Assembly: GCF_009914755.1 (NCBI RefSeq)
Contig: NC_060925.1
From: the human T2T-CHM13v2.0 reference genome, Homo sapiens
Reading direction: 5' to 3' (one strand)
DNA: 64,000 nt
Shown: positions 39,318 through 53,050 of the stretch, piece after piece
How positions within the stretch are numbered: the stretch's first letter is position 1
Layout: every line of letters starts with the position of its first letter
Position numbers and translations under genes: made by a program
Notes under the pieces: model-generated
Database searches by the model: none
What the model was told of the DNA's origin: nothing
What the model saw: only the letters and a program-made list of their open reading frames with translations

Positions 39318-41779
39318 TACAAATTCAATTTTTAAAATGTTTATAGGACTATTCAGATTTTCTTCATCTTGGTTGGGTGGTTTTTGAGGAATGGTCCATT
39401 TCTTCAAAATTATTGAATTTATGAGTATAAAATTGTTCATAATATTCCTTTATTATCCTTTAAATGACTGCAGGATCCGTCGTAATAGACCCTGTTTCAT
39501 TCCTGACATTGGTGATTTGTATTTTCTCTATTTTTGTCTCTATTTAGTCTTCCTACATAGAGGTTACTAAATTTTGATGTTTTTAAAAACCTTCCAAAGA
39601 ACCAGCTTTTTGTTTAATTGATTTTTTATTTCCAATATCATTCATTTTGCTTTTATCTTTATTTCCTTTCTTACGCTTTTTTGGGTTTATTTAGCTCTTC
39701 TTTTTCTAGTTTCTTGAGGTAATAACTTATTGATTTGAAACCTCTTCTTGTTTCTACTATAAATTTTTAATGCTATAAATTTTCCTGTCAGCACTGCTTT
39801 AGCTACATTCCACATATTTTGATTTTATATTTTCATTTTCATTCAATTCTGTGTATTTTTAAATGTTCCTTTGAGACTTCCTGTTTGTCATATGGATTAT
39901 TTGCAAGTATGTTGATTAATTTTCATATGTTTAGAGATTATCCTATTGTCTTTCTGTCATTGACTTTTAGTTGGATTCCATTATGGTCAGAGAACACAAT
40001 CTATGATTTCAATTTTAAAACATTTGCTGAGGTTTGTTTTCAGGCCCAAGATATGGCCTTTCTTGATGGATTTTCCATTGGTGCTTAAAAAAAGGTATAT
40101 TCTGCTGTTGTTGGGTGGGGTGTTCTATTTATGTCAATTAAATTGTTAGTTAATTTTGCTGTTCAAAATAACCTTGCTGATTTTCCTTCTAGTAGTTTTA
40201 TCAGTTGATGAGTGCAGCATGTTGAAGTCCCCATCTATAATTGTGGACTTGTCTGTGTCTCCTTTCAAATCTGTCAGGTTTTGCTTCGTGTATTTTGAGG
40301 CTCTGTTATTTGGTACATGCACATTTAGAATTATTATGTTTTCCTAGTAGATTGACCCTTTTATCACTGTGTAATATTCTTGTTTGTCTCTAATAATTTT
40401 CTTTGCTCTGAAATCTACTTTAGCAGATGTTGATTTAGCTAATTCAGCTTTTTAAAATGTTTACATGATATAATTTTTTTTATCCTTTTACTTTTAGCTT
40501 ACTTAATGTTGAATTTGGACCAAGTTCTGGTAGACAGCCTATAGTTTGTTCATCTTTTTTGTATGCATGCTGCCAATTTTAGTCTTTTAATGAGTATGTT
40601 TAGACCATTTACATTTAAGGTAATTATTAATATGTTAGAGCTTAACTCTGCCCTTTTATTACTCTCTCTATATATATCTGTATCTATCTATATATATATA
40701 TATGATCATATATATGTCTCTCTCCCCCCTCTCTTTATATATTTGTGTATGTATACATATATTACTTGTTACAGACAGTCACCCTGTTTAGGTTTAGCAT
40801 GAAATCCTGCCACATTTTGTGGGCTGTGATTTCAATGATGTTTAAGTCCCAGAGTCTTTGTGATGTTATTTTGATCTGTGAAGTTTATCTGATACCACTG
40901 GGGCTCCCATGGTTCCCTCTTGGTACTGCCAGAGGAGGCAGAAGGGTTTTGCCCAGGCTGGACCACCTCTGGGTGAAAAGGGAGTCTCAGGCCTTTGAGG
41001 CCAAAGATGCATCTCAGGAGAGACGCTTTTGAAGGAATCCCTCTTGCCAGTGCCATCTGGCCCCCTAACCCAGTCTCCCTTTGTGGGACAAGAGAATCTC
41101 AGACCTTGTGGGAGAAGGAGATTGCTTCCCCTGGCTGCTTATTAGCAAGCTTCCCAGTCATAAACTCTCTTGCCTTTGGCTTGTCAGCTTTACCTGGTGT
41201 TGTTGAAAGTATTCCTGTTCAATCCTGGGGAGGAATGAGCCTACCTGGACTGCCTTCTGTACCAAATTGGGGGTTGGGTCATGCTGAGACTGGCTGTCTT
41301 TCTTCTGTAGAGTAGAGGGCACATATAGTCCTGAAATCCCAAATTAGTTTGCTGTCCTCTTACTACCGTACCTTCCAAAGTTTTCTTTTGGCTGTCTCTT
41401 GCAGTATTTCTTGGGTTTATAGTTGTATATACAGGCGAAGAACAAGAGAAATCAGTCTAAGCTAGCTTGTCAGGACTGAAAGTCTCAATCATGTTTTAAA
41501 ATATTTTATTAATTTTAATTTGAGGGTAACTTTTTCCAACGCTGCCTTTTTTTTTGAGGATAACTCAACAACAAGAAATACATGTATATAACTATTTTTA
41601 AAATGAATCAAAATTGGCTCACTAAAATTTTGTTTCTTGAATGGGTAAACTTTAGTTACTTGAACTTTTTCTTAAGTGGAACATATTAACAGGAAAGCAA
41701 TAGTCAAATGTTGAGGCATTAAAGTATATACAATGAATGTGTTCTGTGTGTGTGTGTGTCCCCATTCCTCATATTCTCC

Positions 41780-42930
41780 ATTTTTTGTGCTTTCTCTGCT
41801 CTAATGGCTTTTTTCCTCACTCTGGCTTGCCTTTTCACTCTCTTAATGGTATCTTTTGATGAAGAGAAGTTCTTAATTTTAGTGTAGTTCAACTTGTTGT
41901 TAAAAATGATTAATACTTTCTGAATTCTGCTTAGAAATATCTGGCAAGCCCAAGGTAATGAAGATACTCTTTGTTTTCTTCTAACAGCTTTATTGCTTTG
42001 ACTTTCACATTTAGATACACAGTCTATCTGGAATTGGGCATTTTTATTTATTATGTGAGGGCTCAAGATTCATTTTTTCCCCATATGGATTTTTAGTTCA
42101 TTCAGCTCTATTTATTGAAAAGACATCCTTTGCTCACCACATTTGCAGTATTGCCTTTCTTATAAATCAGGTCTCTATATGTGGAACTCTTTCTGGACTC
42201 ACTATACCAGTGGCAACTGGTCCAACTCTTTCTGAACCACTATAGTGTTCAGTAGAAATATAATGCAAGCCGCAAATGTGAGCCATATGTGTAACTTTAA
42301 ATTTTCTAATGACCATATCTTAAAAAGTAAAAAGAAATTTATGAATTTTATTTAATAACATGTTTTATTGAGCCCTACCTGTGAAAATATTAACATGTAA
42401 TCAATAGGAAATTATTAATGAGATATTTTACATGTTTTGGTACTATGTCTTTGAAATTGGGCATAAATTTAACATGTGTGGCACGTCTCAAGTTAGACTC
42501 TAAATTTTCACCAGAAATACTTGATCTGTATTTAGGTTTCATACAATCACAGTTGAATAAGTAGGTTCATATGCCTAAATTTGTCCAAATCATACTTCAG
42601 AGTTTTCCAGTAACTGAATCACTTATCAGTTCTTGAATTTAAATTAATTAAAAATTTAAACATTACAAATTCAGTTCCTTAATTACACTAGCTACATTTT
42701 AGGTGCTCAGCACTCACATGTGTCTTGTGGCTCTTATATTGGACAGTGCAGCTCTATTCTATTCTATTGTCAGTCTTTACTGTAGAACATACTTTTGTAA
42801 TTACTGTCACTTTATCATAAATCAGAGTGGTAGTATAAGTCCTCCAACTTTGTTTTTGGCTATTGCCTCAGCTATTGCTAATCATTTAAATTTTCATATA
42901 AATTTTGGAATCACCTTGTCAATGTCCACT
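41780..42930 (-). mobile_element. Old L1M ORF2/3' remnant split by a Charlie-type element
   Basis: CCTTTTCACTCTCTTAATGGTATCTTTTGATGAAGAGAAGTTCTTAATTTT...CATATAAATTTTGGAATCACCTTGTCAAT. Confidence 0.6.
42243..42751. mobile_element. hAT-Charlie MITE (MER33/Charlie5-like)
   Basis: AGTAGAAATATAATGCAAGCCGCAAATGTGAGCCATATG start and GTGGCTCTTATATTGGACAGTGCAG end. Confidence 0.7.
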
Positions 42931-43014
42931 AGCATTTTTTCATCACAGTTTACTACTGTTTACATTGTTAGCTGCATACGTGACAACAAGAAATCCAAAG
43001 TGATATTGAGCTAT

Positions 43015-43639
43015 TGTTACCAGTGGAGGGTGCCCAGGCTCTTGGCATTTTGAACAAAGAATTGGACAAAATGCACAAAGCAATGGAAGAATGAAGCAAC
43101 GAAAGCATGTAGTTATTGAAATGAAAGTACACTCCACAGGGTGGGAGTGGGCTCCAGGAGGTGGCTCAGGAGCCCCTGTTACAGAATTTTCTGGAGTTTA
43201 AATACCCTCTAGAGGTTTCCCATTGGTAACTTGGTTTACACTCTATGTAAATGAAGTAGTGGCCCACAATCAGTCTGATTGCTTGTGAAGGTGACCAATC
43301 AGAGGCTGAAGTGAAGTTACATAGTTACACCCTATGCAAACGTGTGATTGGTTGCGGAAAGTGACCAGTCAGAGGCTGAAGTGAAGTTACAAAGCTGTAC
43401 TCCTATGCAAATGAAGACTGGGCCCGTGACCAGTTTGGTTGCAGGAAAAGACCAGTCAGAGGTACTTTCATTTTTCATCTGCAACTGCAGAAAAAGTAGG
43501 GGTATTACAAAGGGAGTAGCCTCTGATCCCTTTGTTACTTGGATGTGGAGAGGTAGGGTGTTCCTTTTAATTCAGTTCTGGGAAGTCAGCATGAATTGGC
43601 CTTAGGTTCCCTGCCTCCAGACCCTATTCTCCTGCCTCA
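43015..43639 (-). mobile_element. MER51-family ERV1 solo LTR
   Basis: Minus strand starts TGAGGCAGGAGAATAGGGTCTGGAGGCAGGGAACCTAAGGCC and ends GGTAACA; TSD ctat / ccat; internal repeats GACCA(A/G)TCAGAGGCTGAAGTGAAGTTACA. Confidence 0.85.
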
Positions 43640-44847
43640 CCATAAAGGCTGGATAGTTGACTTGGTTCTTTTCCTAACTAAACAACTGGTTCTGAAACAG
43701 TGGCCTTAGTGTTTCAGAAACACTAAGTGAAACACTTAGTGAAACACTGCCATTCCTTTATCTGCACCTCTGCAAATAAGCTTTTCCAGATAATTCTGAA
43801 TATCAGTTATTCAGGCCACAAATGCAAACCACAGGGTAGGATTTTAACATATAATATAGAAGTAAGGGGAAAAAAAGGGAATAAATACATTTCTTTTTTT
43901 CTTCTTATTTTATCAGAGTGGAGTCTATGAAGGTGTTAGGACCAGGGAAGAGGTTGGAGTAGCTGCTGATTTTGGAAATTACATACTGCTCTATCATTTC
44001 TAGTACTTAGCACAAGGCCTGGCACATACTAGGTATTCAAATTTTTGGCAAATAAATGGAAGCATTATACTTAACAGAACTCATTGATCAGATATGGAGC
44101 CATTGTTCTTGTAGTTCATGAGTGAGGCCCTCTATTACTGTAAACTGAGACTTTTTGGCTGAAATGTCTGAGTAATATTATACAAAGTCATATATGGCAT
44201 TTGGCTTTGTGACTTTTTTTAGAATATGAAAAGAGGTGTTTGGGGACATAATTACAATAGAATTGCTGTTTAATTTGGTATAACTCATGATGCATGATAT
44301 ATGACTGGAAAGTGAGTTGTTCCGATTTAAATAGAACACCATTGAAGTAAATCATCTCATGTTTTTAAAATAGTTCTCAAATTGTGTTCGTACTAGATCA
44401 GTTATCTGGCTGATTGTTCTAATAGAAGTATCTCTACATTTAAATGTCTTTGATTTCTTCATCAACCAAATGAACTGACTTACTAAATTCTTGTTCTAAA
44501 GGAATTTTCCTGTTGGAATAGACTATCCTAAAGTAACTTCTACAACAGTTGTTTTAAGCTAGGACATGTTCAAAAGCTTCATATGACTTATGGCATTAGG
44601 TTGAACAGTCAAGAAAACATTAATTGGTTTATTTTTCTGATAATATGGCTCACTGAATCAGTTATAAAACATTTAAAACATATTTGATTTAAAAAGGCAT
44701 GACAACAAAGGGTCATTTTAAATGAATAGATAACTACAAAAATGAATGAGCAGGAGACTAGGGAAGCTAGCGAGCTTTGAAACCACTGGATAACCTGGGG
44801 ACATACACAGACCTAGTAGGTAACCTGGAAACTTGGAGTAAAAAGGG

Positions 44848-45036
44848 GCTGGGGCCTGGGCGATGGAGTGAGACTTCATCTCTACAAAAAAATAAAAAAG
44901 CATTAACCTGGCATGGTGGTGTATGCCTATAGTGCTAGCTACTCAGGAGACTGAAGCTGGATCATTGCTTGAGCCCAAGAGTTCGAAGTTACGGTGAGCT
45001 ATGTTCATGCCACTGTGCTACAGCCTGGGTAACAGA
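44848..45036 (+). mobile_element. Partial Alu (J/FRAM-like)
   Basis: CCTGGCATGGTGGTGTATGCCTATAGTGCTAGCTACTCAGGAG...CAGCCTGGGTAACAGA. Confidence 0.7.
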
Positions 45037-45119
45037 TACTTGCCTTCACTATTTCTATTTTATATTAGACATTAATATATAACTTATTTGTAAGTTATTT
45101 AAAATATATCTTCAGTTGG

Positions 45120-45950
45120 AAATTGTAGCCAGTGTAATGACACAGGGCAGAGAGATGAAAGGTATAAGAGTTGGAAAGGAAGAAACAAAGTGGTATTATT
45201 TGTAGATGATACTATTGTCTATGTAGAAAAGTCCAAGGAGTCTACAGAAAAATCAATAGTTTAGCATAGATGTTGGATATAAGGTAATGATTAAAAATAA
45301 ATAGTATTTAAGTAAACCTAAAACCAAAATCTATTTTAAAAAAGACAATATTTATAATTTCACAAAAGTATATCAAGATGTAAGTGTGAACAGACATGTA
45401 AGATCTTTTCAGAGAAGGTAATAAGATTTTATTGAGTGAAAATTAAAAATCTTAAATGGAGAGAAAAAATATTTTCAGATAGGGCGACTGAATATCATAA
45501 TTATGTCATTTATTCACAAAATGATTTGTAAATTCATGCAATTTCATGCAAAAATTCCTGTGGTTTTTAAAAATGAAATTTGGAAACTTATTTTAAAATT
45601 TGCAGAGGTTAAATTATCCTGGAAACTTGGAGAAGAACAAGTTAGGGAGCAGGCACTTGATCTACACTATGTAGTATTATATTACTGATGTCAATAATTT
45701 ATAATTTTATGGAATGGTAGCTTCACAGAGATAGATAAATAGACTAGTGAAGCAGAATATAGGCACAGAAGCAGACCTTTATGGAAACTTAATGTATGTC
45801 AGAGTGACACTGCAAGTTTGTGGAAAAAGAATAAACTGTTCACTATATATTGCTGGGACAATTGGTTATCTACATGGGAAATAATGAAGTGGAATCTCTA
45901 CTTCCCACCCTATATAAAAATCCATTTCAGGCAAATTAAAGGCTTAATAA
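45120..45950 (+). mobile_element. Old L1M ORF2 remnant
   Basis: Degenerate ORF2 motifs TTATTTGTAGATGAT (LFVDD, FADD-like) and TGCTGGGACAATTGG (CWDNW). Confidence 0.65.
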
Positions 45951-45954
45951 AAAT

Positions 45955-46175
45955 AGCCAACACTTATGTTGTACATATCATATTATTGACCTTGTTCTAG
46001 CACTTTATATACATTTACTCTTTTTATCATGTTAGTTACCTTCATTTTTTAAAATAAGGAAACTGAGGCAAGCACAGAGAAGTCAAGTAATTTGCCTAGG
46101 GTCACAGTAGCAGAGCCACATTTTAACCAGGTAGTTTGGCTCCAGTGTCTATGCTTTTAACCACTATGCTATACT
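45955..46175. mobile_element. MIR SINE
   Basis: TAAGGAAACTGAGGC...AGAGAAGTCAAGTAATTTGCCTAGGGTCACAG...GGCTCCAGTGTCTATGCTTTTAACCACTATGC. Confidence 0.7.
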
Positions 46176-46635
46176 TTTTCACTTAAATGTGCGGAACGAA
46201 ACTAAAATTTTCAATATAAGGGCATTTGTTTATGACCATAGGATAGGGAAGGGTTGTTTTTAAATTTTTGTTATTTTTTTTTTAAATAATTGGGTCTTTA
46301 TATGTTTCCGAGACAGGACTGAAACTCCCTGCCTTCAAGTCATTTTCCTAAGTAGCTGGGACTATAGGCTGTTTCTTTTTTTAAAGGAAGGATTTTATGT
46401 TTATCATGAAGGAAAAAAATAAATTTGGCTAACTTAAAGAGTTATTTATCAGGAGACACTATTAAAAAAAGGCAAATCAGAAATTTGGAGAAGATATTTT
46501 TAATACTGATAATAAGACAGAATTGTACCCTGTAACCATAAATATGTAGAATTTCTACCATATCAATAAGGTATAAGTTTCTGTTGCTCCACATCCTCTT
46601 GCACGGTTGGTATTTTAGACTTTTAAAATTCTTCT

Positions 46636-46790
46636 GCCAAGCACGGTGCCTCATGCCTGTAATCCTAGCATTTTGGGAGGCCAAGGCAGATCACTTGAGG
46701 CCAGGAGTTCAAGACCAGCCTAGGGAATATAGTGAGACTCCATTTCTACAAATAATAATAATAAATAAACATTATTATTGTTATTATTCT
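46636..46790 (+). mobile_element. Alu monomer (FLAM_C-like) with (AAT)n tail
   Basis: CATGCCTGTAATCCTAGCATTTTGGGAGGCCAAGG...GAGTTCAAGACCAGCC. Confidence 0.8.
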
Positions 46791-48021
46791 GATCCTGGTG
46801 GTCATAGAATGGTATATGTATGGTTTTAATTTGCATCCCTTGATTTTTAATGAGGGTAAGCATAATTTCCTCTATTAATGGCCATTTGTGATATTTTCTT
46901 CAGTGAAGAACCTGTGGGAGATGGAACATGAGGCTGACAGTTGGCATTATGTTGAGCTTGTGAGAGGTGATGTGATTCTACCTTCAGGTACTACTGGGTC
47001 TGTGCATTCTATAAAACCAGAGAGGCAACTATGATCAGATCTCCTGCTCTGGCTGATTTTTTATTTCTAGGAGATTTTTCATTTGTTTGTTTTCATTTAG
47101 AGCTGTACTCCTGAGTCATTAAATAGAACACTATAAATTTGCTGGTGCAGGTCATAACATTTGAAGGGATTAACATTTGGTTTATTCTCTCTAAATCCAT
47201 AGCTATTAGGAAATAACCTAAAACTTCAGGATTTACTTTGCAGAAATGATTTCCTTCTAATGTATGCTCTCTCAAAGGAATTTAGAATCCTGTTACATAA
47301 GAGGCTATACAGCTTTAATCCCATTCATTGATATTTAGTGACCAGTTAAACTTCAAAACAATTTTTAAAAATTTCCCTAATTTAAAAAGTAATAATAATT
47401 ATGTGAAAAAATTTTGGAAAATACAAACTCATAGATAATAATAAACCATTTAGAGAACTGTGACTTAACACGGTATATTCTTTTGTCTTTTTTTTGTAAC
47501 CTTTGCGTACGTAGTTGAGAATAACAGCCCCATTTTAAAAGAGGAGCTTTAAATTCTTATTATGCCCCGTTAAAAACCCCACAGGTAATCATAATTATTT
47601 AGAAATTTAATCACACAGACGTTGAGTCACAATTTGTGATTTAATTTGATTACTTATGTATTTTCTTATTTTTATTCTTATCTCTTTCCTGGATGTGATT
47701 TTTTAAAAAGTTGTGGCCACTTTAAAGTCTTTTGAGAGATGAAATGGGAGCATGTGCCTGTTACCAATTAATTGCCTCTCAGCTCCAAATTCATCCTTCA
47801 TTGCCCTGATTTGTGATATTAGAGCTGTACCCTGGTAGCTGTACTATGCTACCCAGAAGATACCAGATTATCTTCTGACCACAAATGCATAAATGAACCT
47901 AGCCAAAACCAAAAGAACCACTTGCTGAATCTAGTACAAATTGTCAACATGAGCTAAATGGTGTTTGCTGTTTGCCACTACATTTGAGGGTTGTGAGTTA
48001 ATCATTAAAAGCACACTGATA

Positions 48022-48167
48022 GGCCAGGCAAGGTGGCTCATGCCTGTAATCTCAACACTTTGGGAGGCTGAGGTGGGAGGATGGCTTGAGCCCAGGAGTT
48101 TCAGATCAGCCTGGACAACATAGCGAGACCTTATTTCCACCACCACCACCACACACACACAAAAAAA
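48022..48167 (+). mobile_element. Alu monomer (FLAM_C-like)
   Basis: GGCCAGGCAAGGTGGCTCATGCCTGTAATC...; tail decayed to (CAC)n(CA)n; degenerate TSD aaaagcacact / aaaagcgtact. Confidence 0.8.
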
Positions 48168-50545
48168 GCGTACTAGTTATACTACTCTATTTTCAGTGCT
48201 TAGAACAACACCTTTTACTTAGTAAGCATTCCCTAAATAATTTGTGAATAAAACAAATCAGGTCAGCCCAAATTCAAGGGATGGAACAAGACCATTCAGT
48301 TTTTACAGCTGCTCTCTTTATTGAGAGAATCTCCTCTGTCCTCTGTGCCTCTCTATGTTTTATAACACACTGTATTATAACACTGGTTAATGTTGAATTG
48401 TGATTAAAAATTTATCTCCTAAGTAAGGTGTTTGAAGACAAGGATCAGTTTCTTATTTATCTTTTGCTGTTCAACAAATATTTATTGTATGCCTACTGTT
48501 TCAGTCACTGTGCTGAAGTAAACAGAACAGATAAGGAAGGTTCTTGCATTCATGAAACTTACTGCAAGTGCAGTATTTTTAATCATACTGCTTTTTAGCA
48601 AGTTTAGTATCATTCTGCTTTTTAGCAAGGCCTTGTTTTTTCATTTTGGCCCCAAACCATTTTTTATCCATGAGCCTTTTAATGTTATATTCTTGCAAAA
48701 TTTTTATCTTTAGTCATCACTTTTGATTTTTATAGTTACATATTTAGTTGTTATGCAATATGTATGTTTTACATACCAAGTATGTTTAAGTTAATATACT
48801 ATTTTCCTTAGTAGTTAACTCTTTTCTTGGTTATTCACTTTTGTCCCCCGTTAGCAGTATGTCTTACGTATTTTAAGATTCAGAGTTGAAATTCTAAATT
48901 CCTTTTACTCACGGGAAATTAGATTTTAGTGTTTTGCACAATGCCAAATACATAGTGGACACTTAATAAGCGTTCGTTTGTAGTAATAGCCTCTTTGGTT
49001 TTCTATTTCATAGAATTTCACCAAAGATGATTATTTTTGACTGACTTTTAAATGGCTACATGAATTCTTGACCCTCAGCCTAAGTAAATTTTTTCATTGT
49101 GGATCACAATACCTACTTTCTCTTTTCCTTCTTCATTTTACTCTTAAAAATATTAATGTGCAAATTTGGAAGTGTCAGTTTCACAATTGCTAACCTACTT
49201 GAAGTGTTTTGAAAAATGAAATTAAGGAAAATTTAGAGAAGTGGTTTATTACCTTAAAATAATTAATAGCAAGATTCTTCTTAATATGTTATGTCATAGT
49301 CACATCATTTATTTATTTACTGATTCATTCTTGGTTCAGCCAGTCATCCATTTAATAAATGTGTTTCAGTCCTTATCATATGTGCAAGGTGCTAGTATTA
49401 TGAAGAGGAATTCAACACAGCTGATATGTGGAGGGATGTCTTTAATTTATATTTAAATCTCTGTGTGAGATTTGAAATATTACAAAAGACTAGAGTATAA
49501 ATCAGGTGGAAAAAGGGACAGCAAAGAACTGCAAGGAACTTAACCTTTTCTAGCATCCAGCTTGACCATTCTATAAAATATATTTAGCAAATAATATTCT
49601 GATATTTTGATTTGAAAGCATGAGGCTGTAGCTCTTTCATAAATGAAAGATTTTTAAAGGTACTTATAGCATCTGCTTATTACTCTAAATCTTTGTGTCA
49701 TATATTGTTGCAGTGAGTTTGTGAGGATTGAATTCAGTATTTAGAAATAATGATTATTGAAAAACATGAATACAAACATGTGCATCTTAGGAAAGTTATG
49801 TCAGATGAATTAGTTAATACCTGAATAGTTCAAAATGATGAATAATTGTTAGAATTATAACATATTATAAATTATCTTAACTACAGATATAGGGATGTTA
49901 TAATTTGATAATTCAGAACAGGGCTGAATAACAATCATTCTCCCATTAATTTACAATTAATCTCTCTTTACAATTCCAGTGTGTTTTGTAAGAAATAATT
50001 TTCCATGAGTGAAATAATGTAATTGCCTTCTCTCTCTCTCTATATATATATTTTGTATATAGATGACCAGATTAAGACATGAAAACATTAGTGAGATAAA
50101 AACCAAAGATTTCTCTAATGGGCAGTTTGTTTGTAAGAATGATGGAGATGATACAGAGTAGCTCATATATTTACATGCCTAAGTGAATTTTATTCTGTGT
50201 TTTTATTTAAATGTGAATAATAAATGAATCCGTAGATCAGCAAGGAGGTTTAAAGTATTCAAAAAGCAAAAGTTAGGACATTTGGGGTTTAATTTTTTTC
50301 ATTTAATTAAAATGGAAAGGATATTATTTAACCATTGAGCTGGGTAATGTTAATAGTTCATGGAGGATGCAAAATGATTCTTTTTTCTCTTTTGGTGCTC
50401 CTTTAATGAATAAACATCATTTTTTTTTAATACTGTCAAAGCACTTTGGAGAATGGAATTGTAGCTGCACAACTTATATTAAAGTGAAGTTACTCTTACA
50501 ATTCTGTTATTCTGTTTTCTTTTTTTCCAAATTTTAAAGACAGTC

Positions 50546-50848
<303 letters not shown>

Positions 50849-51408
50849 TGGAAAATATTTTTTATCTCCCTTTATTTCTTTGATTATCTGCCCCACTCCC
50901 ATGCTTAGCCTAGTTTTTACATACTTTTATTTAATATTAATATTTTATAAGTTTTAATATTTATTTTCAGTCTTTTCTTTCCCCTTCCCCCTCCAAAACA
51001 GGCTTGGAACTAAACTCATCTTTATCTATTAATGTTAAATGAGAATAGTAAAGTTGGAATTAGAGCAAGTACATGTTATTTTTAAACTGATTACTAATTC
51101 AGTAATTCATAACTAATTAAATGTCTTTATTTTTCTAGACCCTTACTCTCCTCCTTTTTTCTTTCTTGCCCATCTCATTATCTTATAAGTAATTTGTGTT
51201 TTTAAGTTTTTTTCTCCCTAGATAATAGAAAGGGAAAGAAGGTAGAACATAAATAAGGATTACTTAATAATTTTTCATTCAGTTATTTAGCTGTGTTTCC
51301 CACTGGCAAAAATATTTCTCTACTATCTTTGTATATATTGAATAATACATTATTTTTAAACTATATATATCAGTTACTCTTATCAGTCCAAAAGCTTATA
51401 GAATTAAT

Positions 51409-51670
51409 GCTCCTCCTCCTTTTCCTTTTCCCCTTCCTCCTCGTCTTCCTCCTTCTCCTTCTTCTTCCTTTCCTCTTCTTCTTCTTCATTTTTCTTTCTT
51501 CTTCCTTCTTTCTTCTTCTTCCTTCTTCTTTCTTCTTTTCTTCTTCTTCTTCTTCTTCTTCTTCTTCTTCTTCTTCTTCTTCTTCTTCTTCTTCTTCTTC
51601 TTCTTCTTCTCCTTCTCCTTCTCCTTCTCCTTCTCCTTCTCCTTCTCCTTCTCCTTCTTCTTTTCTTTTT
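51409..51670 (+). repeat. Polypyrimidine compound STR including (TTC)24 at 51538-51609 and (TCCTTC)8 at 51610-51657
   Basis: Direct reading; abuts the tail end of a minus-strand Alu monomer. Confidence 0.95.
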
Positions 51671-51797
51671 TGAATATATAGAGACAGGGATCTCTCTATG
51701 TTGCGCAGGCTGGTCTGGAACTCCTGTGCTCAAGTGACCCTCTCACCTGAGCCTCCTGAGTAGCTGGAACTACAGGCATGAGCCACTGTGCCTGGCT
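51671..51797 (-). mobile_element. Alu monomer (FLAM-like)
   Basis: GAGACAGGGATCTCTCTATGTTGCGCAGGCTGGTCTGGAACTCC...GAGCCACTGTGCCTGGC. Confidence 0.8.
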
Positions 51798-51964
51798 CTG
51801 CAAGACTGATGTAGCAATCTTTTTGTTTGAGGCTGGGGTGACAAGGTTGTTGCTATGTTGCCCAGGCTGGCCTCCAATTTATGGGCTTAAGCAACAAGCC
51901 CCCTTCTCTTATCACTCCCCATTACTAGCTCCAACTGTTCCTATTTACTTATAGTCCTGAAATA

Positions 51965-53050
51965 CAGTAGTCCCCCTGTATCCTGAGGGGATATGTTCCA
52001 AGACCCCCATTGGATGCCTGAAACTGGGCATAATACTGAATTCGATTGCTGGCAATCAGAACACGTTTCTGTTCACATCTTCTACCCATAAATTTAATGC
52101 CTTTTCCATCTTAACTAAGCACTTATCACATACTATGGCTGTAACTTTTGCAGTTTGAGGTGCTATATTAGTCCATTTTGTGTTGCTATAAACGAATACC
52201 TGAGGCTGGGTAATTTATAAAGGAAAGAGGCTTTATTTGGTTCACAGTTAGGCAGGCTGTACAGCAAGCATGGTACCAGCACCTGCTTCTGGTGAGGACC
52301 TCAGGAAACTTTCAGTTATGGTGGAAGGCAAAGGGGGAGCAGGTGTGTTGCCTGGTGAGAGAGAGATCAAGAGTTGCCAGCCTCTTTAAGGCAACTAGCT
52401 CTTACGTAAACTAATACAGTGAGAATTCACTTGTTACTCATCACCTCCCACTAGGTTCCACCTCCCACATTGAGGGTCACATTTCAACATGAAATTTGGA
52501 GGGGACAAACATCTAAACTCTATCAGGTGCAGTAGCAGAATTAGTACAAATATCTTTTTCCTTCTTCACAATCTCACAGATAGAATATTCATTGTTACTG
52601 TAGGTCTTGGCAGCCTCAGCATTCAATTTCTTTTTCCCTTGTTAAGTTGAGAACTTTTACCTTTTCACTTAAGAGGAAGTGCTTTATGGCTTCCCTTTGG
52701 CATATCCAAATTGCCAGCATCACTATTCTTGAGCTTTGGGGCCATTATTAAATAAAATGAGGATTACTTGAACACAGGCACTGTGATACCGTGACAGTTT
52801 ATCTGATAAGAGAGCAAGCTAATAAGTAACTAATGAGTGAGGAGCATATACAGCATGGACATGCCAGACAAAGGGATAATTCACATCCTGGGTGGGATAG
52901 AGTGGAACAGCACGAGATTGCTACTCTGAGCAGTGTGCAAGTTAAAATTTATGCATTATTTCTAGAATTTTCCATTTAATATTTTTGGACCAATATTGAC
53001 TTCAGGATAACAAACTGGTAAGCGAAATCATGGATAAGCAGGGACTACTG
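51965..53050. mobile_element. TcMar-Tigger MITE (MER44/Tigger7-derived), interrupted by an MST LTR
   Basis: Terminal inverted repeats CAGTAGTCCC (51965-51974) / GGGACTACTG (53041-53050), each flanked by a TA target duplication. Confidence 0.85.
52164..52525 (-). mobile_element. MaLR solo LTR (MSTA/B-like) nested in MER44
   Basis: TATATTAGTCCATTTTGTGTTGCTATAAAC...GGGACAAACATCTAAACTCTATCA; perfect 5-bp TSD ggtgc (52159-52163 / 52526-52530). Confidence 0.88.

Noticed and set aside
48582-48629. 21-bp imperfect duplication ATCA(T/A)…CTGCTTTTTAGCAAG
   Set aside because: Real but ordinary micro-duplication with no further structure or implication.
51293-51733. Poly-Ser/Pro and poly-Arg ORFs
   Set aside because: Translations of the TTC/TCCTTC microsatellite and the adjacent Alu.
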